64,000 bases of DNA. It comes from Hyphomicrobiales bacterium. Its GTDB lineage: Bacteria > Pseudomonadota > Alphaproteobacteria > Rhizobiales > JACESI01. The notes beneath the pieces are model-generated. The model was given only the letters and a program-made list of their open reading frames with translations. It searched no databases and was not told the DNA's origin. This document shows positions 1-8,499 of this stretch, one piece after another (the first letter of the stretch is position 1; each line of letters begins with the position of its first letter). A program made the position numbers and the translations under genes. The stretch spans positions 4,924 through 68,923 of the forward strand of contig JBDVXS010000100.1 of assembly GCA_039964305.1 (NCBI GenBank), given 5' to 3'.

Positions 1-135
1 GATCCAACAAAGAATAATTACCACGGGCAAGAACGCGGTGTTTTATGGATTGAGGTCGGTGTGCTTACAACTGTTGCTGGCACCATCATCTCTATTTTTT
101 ACGCCTTCGCAGGACGGGGACGTCTGGAAAAATGA
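1..135 (+). CDS. mnhB: Na+/H+ antiporter subunit B, C-terminal fragment (truncated by window start)
   Basis: Frame 1 reads ...GQERGVLWIEVGVLTTVAGTIISIFYAFAGRGRLEK*, a typical MnhB C-terminal helix; stop overlaps the mnhC start (ATGA). Confidence 0.8.
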   Translation, partial: DPTKNNYHGQERGVLWIEVGVLTTVAGTIISIFYAFAGRGRLEK

Positions 136-530
136 TCGAAGATATCGTCACCAATTATAATTATTTCATCACCATCTTCTTGATGTCGTGTGGCCTTTAT
201 ATCGTGGTTGCTCGAGGCAATATGGTGAAGAAGTTGATCGGTCTTGGCTTGTTCCAAACCTCGGTCTATTTGCTTTATCTTTCACCCGGTAAAATCCTTG
301 GCGGCACACCGCCGATTATCGGTGAAGGCTATGAAGTTTATTCAAACCCACTGCCGCATGTGTTGATTCTAACTGCCATCGTGGTGGGTGTTGCAACGCT
401 TGGCCTTGGGCTGGCGCTGGTAGTGCGCATTAATGAAGCTTACGGCACGATTGAAGAAGACGACCTCTTCGGCAAGGGCGGTATTGCGGATGAAGAAGAC
501 GCGGATCAGGGCATGGGAGGCGGCGCATGA
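132..530 (+). CDS. mnhC: Na+/H+ antiporter subunit C
   Basis: NMVKKLIGLGLFQ and NPLPHVLILTAIVVGVAT motifs; three TM segments. Confidence 0.93.
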   Translation: MIEDIVTNYNYFITIFLMSCGLYIVVARGNMVKKLIGLGLFQTSVYLLYLSPGKILGGTPPIIGEGYEVYSNPLPHVLILTAIVVGVATLGLGLALVVRINEAYGTIEEDDLFGKGGIADEEDADQGMGGGA

Positions 531-2056
531 GTGCAGATGCATCCCACGCAACAGCGGCTTTTTCTGTGATGGAACATTTGCCAATTTTGCTTGTCGCCGT
601 ACCAATGATTGGTGCTGCCGTTGTCGCAATGACACGCAACAGTAATCTTGCTTGGTTCATTTCTCTTGTCATCAGCCTTGCCATGCCAATTCTTGCAGGC
701 TTGCTCCTGCATGAAGTTTATAAGGCAGGCGTTATCTCCTATGCCCTTGGTGGCTGGGAACCTCCTTACGGTATTGAATATCGCGTTGATGTTGCAAACG
801 CGTTTGTTCTGCTGATCGTTTCCGTTATGGCGACTTTCGCGCTGCTCTATGCAAAGCGCGTGGTAGAAGAAGACATCGCCGACCATAACAGACCGTGGTT
901 CTACACCATGTATTTGTTGTGTCTTTGCGGGCTTCTCGGCATTGCGGTTACGGGCGACGCATTCAATGCTTTCGTCTTCCTCGAAGTTTCGTCACTTTCA
1001 ACCTACGCAATGATTGCAATGGGCCGTGATCGCCGTGCCTTGGTTGCAGCTTACCAATATCTTGTCATGGGTACGATTGGCGCGACACTTTATGTGTTGG
1101 GCGTTGGTATCTTGTTTGCCATGACGGGCACGCTGAACTTCGCCGACATGGCGGAGCGGTTGAAAGACGTTGAAGAAACGCGGCCTGTTTTCGCAGCGCT
1201 TGCCTTCATCACGGTTGGTTTGAGCCTCAAGATTGCGCTCTTCCCACTTCATAAATGGCTGCCAAATGCCTATGCCTACGCGCCTTCTATGGCGACCGTG
1301 TTTTTGGCGTCGACGGCAACCAAAGTTGCAATCTATCTTCTGGTTCGCTTCATCTATTCAATCTACGCACCGATTGTTGACTTTGGCAGCTCATCCTCGG
1401 TCTCCGTGATCGTTGGTCTTTCACTGCTTGCCATGTTCACCGCGTCCTTCGTGGCGTGCACGCAAAAGAACGTTGAGCGGATGCTAGCCTTCTCATCAGT
1501 CGCGCAGATTGGTTACATCACGTTGGGCGTTTCATTCGGTTCCAAGCTTGGTCTGACAGGCGGCTTGGTTCACCTGCTAAACCACGCTGTTATGAAGGGT
1601 GCGCTGTTTATGTGTACCGGTGCGATTATGCTGCGACTTGGTTCGGTGAAGCTTGATGATATGGCGGGTATCGGTCGCAAAATGCCGATTACGATGGCGC
1701 TGTTTGTCCTTGCAGGTCTCAGCCTTATTGGTGTTCCTGGCACTGTGGGCTTCGTTTCCAAATGGTACTTGGCACTCGCTTCCTTTGAAGCAGGGCATGG
1801 CTGGCTTGCTTTTGCCATTATGGCCTCGTCACTTTTGGCCGTTGTTTATATTGGTCGGGTTGTTGAAGTTGCTTATTTCAGAGAGCCGACGATGAAAGTT
1901 ATGATGTCAAAAGAACCGCCCGTTATGATGTTGGTTCCAATGGTATTGTTGGTCGTTGCCTGCTTCTACTTCGGTATTGATGCGGAATACACCGCAGAGA
2001 CAGCTGAAAAAGCAGCTGATGTCTTTCTTACAGGTATGGGAGGGGCTGCCCAATGA
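527..2056 (+). CDS. mnhD: Na+/H+ antiporter subunit D (proton-conducting membrane transporter)
   Basis: GGWEPPYGIE, TGDAFNAFVFLEV, ALFPLHKWLPNAY motifs; many TM helices. Confidence 0.92.
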   Translation: MSADASHATAAFSVMEHLPILLVAVPMIGAAVVAMTRNSNLAWFISLVISLAMPILAGLLLHEVYKAGVISYALGGWEPPYGIEYRVDVANAFVLLIVSVMATFALLYAKRVVEEDIADHNRPWFYTMYLLCLCGLLGIAVTGDAFNAFVFLEVSSLSTYAMIAMGRDRRALVAAYQYLVMGTIGATLYVLGVGILFAMTGTLNFADMAERLKDVEETRPVFAALAFITVGLSLKIALFPLHKWLPNAYAYAPSMATVFLASTATKVAIYLLVRFIYSIYAPIVDFGSSSSVSVIVGLSLLAMFTASFVACTQKNVERMLAFSSVAQIGYITLGVSFGSKLGLTGGLVHLLNHAVMKGALFMCTGAIMLRLGSVKLDDMAGIGRKMPITMALFVLAGLSLIGVPGTVGFVSKWYLALASFEAGHGWLAFAIMASSLLAVVYIGRVVEVAYFREPTMKVMMSKEPPVMMLVPMVLLVVACFYFGIDAEYTAETAEKAADVFLTGMGGAAQ

Positions 2057-3510
2057 TGACGATGGATAGCCTTTTACTATTCACCATTCTGCTGCCTTTA
2101 TTGGCTGCGGTCGGTATCCTTGTTTTCTCGCGTTATCCAAACATGCGCGAAGGCATTACTATCGTGACAGCAATCGTTCTGCTGTTTGAAGTAATCAACG
2201 TCTATGATTATTTCCAAGGTGGGCAGGTGCCAGCTGTTGGGCCATTCCAAGTTCTGCCGGGCCTCGAAATTGCCTTTAATGTTGAACCATTGGGCATGTT
2301 GTTTGCGCTGATTGCTTCGATTTTGTGGATCATTAATTCGATCTATTCAATCGGCTATATGCGCGGCAATAACGAGCCTCGCCAAACGCAGTTTTATATC
2401 TGTTTTGCCGTATCTATCTTCGGTGTCATGGGTATTGCGTTTTCTGCAAACCTCTTCACGCTGTTCTTGTTCTACGAAGTTTTGACACTCGCGACATATC
2501 CGCTGGTGACACATAAAGGCAATGACGATGCTAAGAAGGGTGGACGCCTCTACCTTTTGATCCTGCTTGGCACATCAATGCTGTTGTTACTGCCTGCAAT
2601 CATCTGGACTGGCTTCCTTGCTGGAACAATGGACTTCACCGCTGGTGGCATCTTAGACGGCAAGGCATCATCTGGCGTGCTTCTGGTTCTCATGCTGCTC
2701 TTCATGTTTGGCATAGGTAAAGCAGCACTCATGCCGTTCCATTTCTGGCTACCTGCTGCCATGGTTGCACCGACACCTGTATCAGCCCTGCTCCACGCTG
2801 TGGCTGTTGTGAAGGCGGGCGTGTTTACGGTTGTCAAAGTCATTGTCTATGTCTTCGGCATTGATTTGTTGAAGGAAACAGGGGCGGGCGATTGGCTGCT
2901 TTATGCGGCAGGGTTTACCGTCATTGCGGCCTCTCTTGTTGCGATCCGCCAAGACAACATCAAAAAGCGGCTTGCATACTCAACCGTCAGTCAACTCTCC
3001 TACGTGGTGCTTGCTGCGGCCATCTTAGCGCCGATCTCCATGATTGGTGCAGCCATGCATATTGCAGCGCACGCCGTCTCCAAGATTACCCTCTTCTTTG
3101 CTGCGGGTTCGATCTACACGGCGGCTCACAAGACAGAAGTAAGTCAGTTAAACGGTATTGGCTGGAAGATGCCAATCACCATGGCAGCCTTTGCTGTCGG
3201 TGCGCTTTCCATGATTGGCTTGCCGCCAACGGCTGGTTTCCTTGGCAAATGGTTCATGCTTTCGGGTGCCGTTTCAACGGGGCAATGGTTTGCCGTTGGC
3301 GTGATTGTGGTGTCCACCATGTTGAACGCTGGCTATTTCCTTCCAATCTTGTACCGCGCCTTCTTAATGAAGCCGGACGTTGAAGGCGACCACGGCGAAG
3401 CGCCACTTGGCATTTTAATCGCAATCTCCGCAACCGCCATTGGAACGATCTTGTTGTTCTTGTTCCCAGGCGTTGCCTTTGACCTAGCATCCAAAATGGT
3501 TGGGCTTTGA
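2053..3510 (+). CDS. MnhD/NuoL-like antiporter subunit (second paralog)
   Basis: KAALMPFHFWLPAAMVAPTPVSALLHAVAVVKAG and KRLAYSTVSQLSY motifs. Confidence 0.9.
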   Translation: MMTMDSLLLFTILLPLLAAVGILVFSRYPNMREGITIVTAIVLLFEVINVYDYFQGGQVPAVGPFQVLPGLEIAFNVEPLGMLFALIASILWIINSIYSIGYMRGNNEPRQTQFYICFAVSIFGVMGIAFSANLFTLFLFYEVLTLATYPLVTHKGNDDAKKGGRLYLLILLGTSMLLLLPAIIWTGFLAGTMDFTAGGILDGKASSGVLLVLMLLFMFGIGKAALMPFHFWLPAAMVAPTPVSALLHAVAVVKAGVFTVVKVIVYVFGIDLLKETGAGDWLLYAAGFTVIAASLVAIRQDNIKKRLAYSTVSQLSYVVLAAAILAPISMIGAAMHIAAHAVSKITLFFAAGSIYTAAHKTEVSQLNGIGWKMPITMAAFAVGALSMIGLPPTAGFLGKWFMLSGAVSTGQWFAVGVIVVSTMLNAGYFLPILYRAFLMKPDVEGDHGEAPLGILIAISATAIGTILLFLFPGVAFDLASKMVGL

Positions 3511-3511
3511 T

Positions 3512-3769
3512 ATGAGTGAACAAAAACCAGATAGCGACCACTGGCTTGTGCGTCCAAGAACAATCCGATTGATATGGATTTGGTCCATTATCATTTTGGC
3601 ACTCTTGGTGCTTGGCGATTTTCTTGTTCATCATCACAGCTATTTTGGCCTTGATGGAACCTTTGGTTTTGGCGCGTGGTACGGCTTTATAAGCTGCGTT
3701 GTTCTAGTGGTAGGATCGAAGCTGGTTGGCTTGATCCTGAAACGTCCGGATACATATTATGATGAGTGA
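3512..3769 (+). CDS. Small two-TM membrane protein of the Mrp operon
   Basis: HWLVRP...GFGAWYGFISC...LKRPDTYYD; tightly coupled between two MnhD-like genes; start could be 3500. Confidence 0.75.
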   Translation: MSEQKPDSDHWLVRPRTIRLIWIWSIIILALLVLGDFLVHHHSYFGLDGTFGFGAWYGFISCVVLVVGSKLVGLILKRPDTYYDE

Positions 3770-5447
3770 TACACTCCTTCCACCTGGTCTCATCCTCATT
3801 CTCATAGGTTTGCTGCTTCCGCTGCTTAAAGATACGTGGCGTAGCATTGCCTTGGTGCTTGGCCCGCTGTTGGTCTTAGTCAGTGTTTGGTCTTTGCCAG
3901 ATGGAAATGTCGTAAAGGCGAGCTATCTCGGTTACGAGCTGGTGCTTGTTCGGGCAGATGAATTATCACGCTTGTTTGCTACAGTCTTTTCGCTCATGGC
4001 AGCAGCCGGTGGTTTATACGCCATCAGTCAATCTAAAACGCGCGAGCTTTCAGCAGCCTTCGTTTATGCAGGGTCGGCCATTAGTGTGGTCTTTGCAGGT
4101 GACTTGATTACCGTCTTCATCTTCTGGGAAATCATGGCAATCGCCTCCACAATAGTGGTCTGGTCCGGTGGGGCAGGGGCAAAAGCGGCAGGGCAACGCT
4201 ATGCGGTTGTGCACTTCTTAGGTGGCGTTCTCCTTATGGCAGGCATTGCAGGAGAAGTTGCGACAACAGGCTCCATTGCCTTTGACGTGATGGAAGCAAA
4301 CTCTTGGTCACGTTGGTTGATCCTCGGTGGCTTCTTAATCAATGCAGGTGCACCGCCATTTTCTGCATGGCTTCCAGATGCCTACCCAGAAGCTTCATGG
4401 TCTGGAACAGTATTCTTGTCAGCCTTTACGACGAAGACAGCTGTCTATGTTTTGATGCGGACGTTCCCAGGCACTGAGATTTTAATTTATATCGGCCTGT
4501 ATATGGTCTTCTACGGCATCGTGTATGCGATTTTAGAAAATGATATGCGCCGCATCTTAGCCTACTCAATCATCAACCAAGTTGGCTTTATGATTGTTGG
4601 TATCGGCATCGGTAGTGAGATGTCGCTGAACGGTGCGGCGGCTCATGCCTTTGTTCATATTATCTACAAGGCACTTTTGTTGATGTCGGCTGGTGCTGTG
4701 CTTTACCAAACTGGCAAACACAAATGTACGGATTTGGGTGGCTTGTTCAGAACCATGCCAATCACGATGATTTGTGGAACGATCGGAGCGCTAGCGATTT
4801 CGGCTTTCCCGTTTACGTCAGGGTTTGTGGCCAAGTCTGTCATCTCACAAGGGGCAGCAGACGCGCACCTTGGTTTTGTTTGGTATTTGCTCGCTGCGGC
4901 TTCTGCTGGCGTGTTTCTTCATGCAGGCATTAAATTCCCGTGGTTTGTCTTCTTCCAAAAAGATTCAGGCATGAGGCCAAGTGAGCCACCACGCACCATG
5001 ATATGGTCAATGGTGCTTCTGTCAGCTGCGTGTATATTGATCGGTATATTCCCCGATGTACTCTATAGCCTATTGCCGCATGCTGTGGATTATGTGCCAT
5101 ACACGGGCGCGCATATTGTGTTCCAGCTACAACTCTTACTCTTCTCTGGGCTTGCCTTCTTTGTGCTACTGCCAATGTTAAAGAGAACTCTGACAATAAC
5201 ACTTGATTTTGATTGGTTTTACAGAAGCTTTGGTAAAGCCGTTGCCAAGGTATTTGATGCAGTAACGACTACATTGTGGGGAAGTATTGTGAGTTTCAGT
5301 AAAGGAATCGCAAAATCTGCAGTCAATTTTATCCTGAGACTACATGGACCAAGCGGTGTATTTTCTGAAACTTGGTCGACTGGTGTGATGGCGTTTTGGA
5401 CGACTGTGCTACTAGGTTTGCATTTGCTTGTATACTTTACTTGGTAG
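3759..5447 (+). CDS. Na+/H+ antiporter subunit D-like (third paralog)
   Basis: AWLPDAYPEAS, FLSAFTTKTAVY, ENDMRRILAYS, AGIKFPWFVFF motifs. Confidence 0.9.
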   Translation: MMSDTLLPPGLILILIGLLLPLLKDTWRSIALVLGPLLVLVSVWSLPDGNVVKASYLGYELVLVRADELSRLFATVFSLMAAAGGLYAISQSKTRELSAAFVYAGSAISVVFAGDLITVFIFWEIMAIASTIVVWSGGAGAKAAGQRYAVVHFLGGVLLMAGIAGEVATTGSIAFDVMEANSWSRWLILGGFLINAGAPPFSAWLPDAYPEASWSGTVFLSAFTTKTAVYVLMRTFPGTEILIYIGLYMVFYGIVYAILENDMRRILAYSIINQVGFMIVGIGIGSEMSLNGAAAHAFVHIIYKALLLMSAGAVLYQTGKHKCTDLGGLFRTMPITMICGTIGALAISAFPFTSGFVAKSVISQGAADAHLGFVWYLLAAASAGVFLHAGIKFPWFVFFQKDSGMRPSEPPRTMIWSMVLLSAACILIGIFPDVLYSLLPHAVDYVPYTGAHIVFQLQLLLFSGLAFFVLLPMLKRTLTITLDFDWFYRSFGKAVAKVFDAVTTTLWGSIVSFSKGIAKSAVNFILRLHGPSGVFSETWSTGVMAFWTTVLLGLHLLVYFTW

Positions 5448-5592
5448 ACTTAAATTTTTGAAAAAATAAACTGATACATAGGTGGATTTATTCCAAATAC
5501 TATGTATATTTAATTCAAACGAACGGGTGGGATCTCACTGTTTGTTTAGCTAAAAAAATATTGTAATAAGAAAAGTTTGATGAGGTTCTACT

Positions 5593-6036
5593 ATGGGCAT
5601 GCTGGGTGATAAAGACGCATTAGTTGACGAACAAAAAGGCGACATGATGGTCGACTTAACGTCAGAAATTATATGTTCCTATGTCGCGAACAACTCTATA
5701 CCCGTCGATGACCTGCCAAAACTGATTGGTCAGATACACGCAACGCTCGTATCTATTTCTGGCGCACAACAAAAAACTGTTCAAGAACCTCAAAAACCAG
5801 CTGTTTCAATAAAGCGTTCTATTACGCCGGATTATTTGGTTTGTTTAGAAGATGGTCAAAAGTTTAAATCGTTGAAGCGTCACTTACGATCAAAATATAA
5901 TCTTTCACCTGATGAGTATCGTGCGAAATGGCGACTTCCGTCAGATTATCCAATGGTGGCCCCAAACTATGCCGCAGCACGCTCACAACTTGCTATGAAA
6001 ATGGGCCTCGGTCAGAAAAATTCACGCAATAAATAG
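5593..6036 (+). CDS. mucR: MucR/Ros family zinc-finger transcriptional regulator
   Basis: PAVSIKRSITPDYLVCLEDGQKFKSLKRHL...YRAKW.LPSDYPMVAPNYA signature. Confidence 0.96.
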   Translation: MGMLGDKDALVDEQKGDMMVDLTSEIICSYVANNSIPVDDLPKLIGQIHATLVSISGAQQKTVQEPQKPAVSIKRSITPDYLVCLEDGQKFKSLKRHLRSKYNLSPDEYRAKWRLPSDYPMVAPNYAAARSQLAMKMGLGQKNSRNK

Positions 6037-6179
6037 AGACAATATATAATATAAGTAAAATATACTGAAATATAAGTGATTGATTGCCTTTTTTTAAAAC
6101 TAAATTCGGTGATAAGATTTAAATTAATCCCCTATCGTCAATAAAAAATAAAATTGATGAGTAATTTGGGGATTATGAA

Positions 6180-6587
6180 ATGCGGCAAGATCTAAATAAT
6201 CTGAAAACGGTTGATTGCGGACCGTGCAGGCTCTTCTACCTAAAAAGTAGCTATACGTGCGATTTTATAAAATATTCGACCGCAAAAGCATTTGGCATAA
6301 AGTCGGATGACTTAGATTCAAAAACAAGAAAACAAGCAGATATTGCTTTTGCTCGGCAAATTGCGATGTATATCGCGCATGTACGCCTCGGGCTCAATTT
6401 GGGAGAAGTTGGTAAAGTATTCCAACGCGATAGAACAACTGTCGGTCATGCTTGTCGACTAATTGAAGACAGACGGGATGATGAACAAGTTGATTTTTTA
6501 ATCAACTGTTTGGAGCGAGCCGTCGAGGAATGGTCGCAAATTGCCCTCCATCACCATCCTTATTGTATGGTCGCGAGGGATGAGTAA
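6180..6587 (+). CDS. gafY: DnaA C-terminal-like HTH protein; GTA activator GafY homolog
   Basis: AFARQIAMYIAHV...FQRDRTTVGHACRLIEDRRDD; coupled to a DUF6456 gene between mucR and sufE, the position typical of gafYZ. Confidence 0.8.
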   Translation: MRQDLNNLKTVDCGPCRLFYLKSSYTCDFIKYSTAKAFGIKSDDLDSKTRKQADIAFARQIAMYIAHVRLGLNLGEVGKVFQRDRTTVGHACRLIEDRRDDEQVDFLINCLERAVEEWSQIALHHHPYCMVARDE

Positions 6588-7297
6588 TGAGCGATGTTGA
6601 TATACACTTGATAAAGGCTCTACGCTCTTTAGCTGCTCGTTCAAGAAGTAGCACGGCAAAAGGTGAGGGTTTAAACAAGTCCCGTGAAGATCGGGTAATC
6701 CTCGATAAGCTTCTCGCCCGTGCGCTGATTAAGCAGAACAAAACTGATAATTACTCCCTGACAAAAGAAGGTGTGCGTTTTTTAAAGCGCGCCCAATGCG
6801 ATGAAGGTGTTGCCTATCAACGGCAACATCAAAATGTAGTTATTGGCGAAATTGACGCCGGTGAAAAAGTTTCAATCAACCAGAATGAAAGTCCGCTCGC
6901 CCGCTTGTATCATCGACGAGGAAAATCAGGAGTGCGTCTTTTATCGAAACTCCAGTATGAAGCGGGGGAGAGTTTGCGACGTGATTTTGAGGCCTCAAAA
7001 TTTACTCCGAAGCTTGGCATGACATTAGGCCCCAAAGTGGATGGGGGTGGTTATAATGATGCTGTATCAACTGCAATGACGGGATCGCTTGCCGCAAAGA
7101 AAAGAATTGAGTGTGCTATTTCTTCAGTCGGCCCAGAGCTTGGTGCTTTGTTGCTTGATGTGTGTTGCTATCTAAAAGGCTTAGAGCTGGTGGAGCGGGA
7201 ACGACAGTGGCCTGTTCGTTCAGCAAAGGTGGTCTTGGGGGTAGCGCTCAACCAACTTGCTGTGCACTACGGTCTTACTAATCGGGCGATAGTATAG
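6587..7297 (+). CDS. gafZ: DUF6456 protein; GTA activator/antiterminator GafZ homolog
   Basis: NESPLARL...AGESLRRDFE...DVCCYLKGLELVERERQWPVRSAKVVL...LAVHYG signature; start overlaps gafY stop. Confidence 0.82.
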   Translation: MSDVDIHLIKALRSLAARSRSSTAKGEGLNKSREDRVILDKLLARALIKQNKTDNYSLTKEGVRFLKRAQCDEGVAYQRQHQNVVIGEIDAGEKVSINQNESPLARLYHRRGKSGVRLLSKLQYEAGESLRRDFEASKFTPKLGMTLGPKVDGGGYNDAVSTAMTGSLAAKKRIECAISSVGPELGALLLDVCCYLKGLELVERERQWPVRSAKVVLGVALNQLAVHYGLTNRAIV

Positions 7298-7336
7298 TCT
7301 TCGCAATTACCCCGTCGCGGCTCGGCGTAATCTGGC

Positions 7337-7756
7337 TTAAGCGGTGAGTGCCGCTTCTGCATCTGCCTTGATGCGTTGTACCATGGAGTTCAAACCATTT
7401 GAGCGCTGTGGGGTTAAGTGCTCATTGAGGCCAATTTGTTTGAGGAGGGCATCGGTATCAAATGCCTTGATCTCGCTTGCCTTTCTTCCCGATAGTGCTG
7501 CTAAAACGATGGCAACCAGTCCCTTTACAATATGGGCATCGCTATCACCGCGATAATTTATTGTTGGGTCGTTGGTCTCGTCGGAAACTGTTTTAATAAG
7601 CCAAACCTGACTAACGCATCCTTCGACTTTGTTTTCCGCCGTCTGATTTTCTTCTGCGAATTCAGGCATGGTGCGCCCTAATTCAATGACATAGCGGTAT
7701 TTATCTTCCCAATCATCGAGAAATTCAAAATTGTCTAAGATAGTTTGCAAGTCCAT
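7337..7756 (-). CDS. sufE: SufE family cysteine desulfuration protein
   Basis: DDWEDKYRYVIELG, NKVEGCVSQVW, GDSDAHIVKGL, HLTPQRSNGL. Confidence 0.95.
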   Translation of the reverse strand: MDLQTILDNFEFLDDWEDKYRYVIELGRTMPEFAEENQTAENKVEGCVSQVWLIKTVSDETNDPTINYRGDSDAHIVKGLVAIVLAALSGRKASEIKAFDTDALLKQIGLNEHLTPQRSNGLNSMVQRIKADAEAALTA

Positions 7757-7865
7757 TAGAGGCGTGTCCAGATTATATTAGCATGCACACTCTCGGCTAT
7801 CATGCAGTGTTAGGAAGCGCAACCTAATGAAGAGCAGGATTGGTTAGAAACAAGTCTTTCTGTTT

Positions 7866-8189
7866 CTAAGAGGCTTGTTTTTCTGGGTTTGATAGGGCCG
7901 CTTCTGCTGTTTTCTCAGCGAATTGCTCATCAAGGAACTTGTAAAGCAGGCCAGAAGCATGGACAGCTTTCACGCCGAAAGCGTTCGCGAAATCACGACC
8001 TTTCTCACAGACTTCAGGATTACGGCCACAAAAACTCGCAAGATCAGCAATCGCGCCACTGGCGATCTCAATCGCACCGGCTGTCGAAACGGTCTGCGCA
8101 ACAGCAGCGTCCGTTTTGGTTTTATCAATCGGCAAGATCAATACGATTAAACTAACCCAAAACACGGTTCTTACAAAAAACATGATCAT
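7866..8189 (-). CDS. DUF5330-like exported protein
   Basis: N-terminal TM (FFVRTVFWVSLIVLILP) and DLASFCGRNPEVC motif; usual position next to sufE/divJ. Confidence 0.7.
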   Translation of the reverse strand: MIMFFVRTVFWVSLIVLILPIDKTKTDAAVAQTVSTAGAIEIASGAIADLASFCGRNPEVCEKGRDFANAFGVKAVHASGLLYKFLDEQFAEKTAEAALSNPEKQAS

Positions 8190-8418
8190 CTTAAATTCCC
8201 CATCGTTCGCTTCATTCCCACAGCGTTGATCCGACCATAGCGAGAGTGTTTCAATATCAAATGGAGATTGGTGGGTAGTTTTGAAGCAAACTGTCTACAA
8301 ATTTAATTAAAATTGTAATTTCCCAGAATTTCGAGGGCTAATTTAGATCAAAAAACATAACCTATTGAAATTGTTCAGTAAAATTTGATTTTGGACTATT
8401 TCAGGGTCGGAAATTTTA

Positions 8419-8438
8419 TTAAGAACTTGGCAACCATG
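8419..8438. promoter_or_regulatory. Degenerate CtrA-like box upstream of divJ
   Basis: TTAA-gaacttg-GCAACCAT versus consensus TTAA-N7-TTAAC. Confidence 0.35.
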
Positions 8439-8499
8439 TTGAGCAAAAGCAGGTAATAAAAGCTGTTTATCCCGCTTTTAGGTGTTTTAGAGCCCCTAG

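Noticed and set aside
505-2056. MnhC and MnhD both end in GMGG
   Set aside because: Explained by the embedded GGAGG Shine-Dalgarno for the overlapping next gene
5840-5900. MucR zinc finger lacking the second Cys and last His (CLEDG...HLRSKY)
   Set aside because: Such ligand substitutions are common in the Ros/MucR family
5448-6600. AT-rich stretch suggesting horizontal acquisition
   Set aside because: Contains conserved mucR and gafY in their usual order; no integrase, tRNA or flanking repeats
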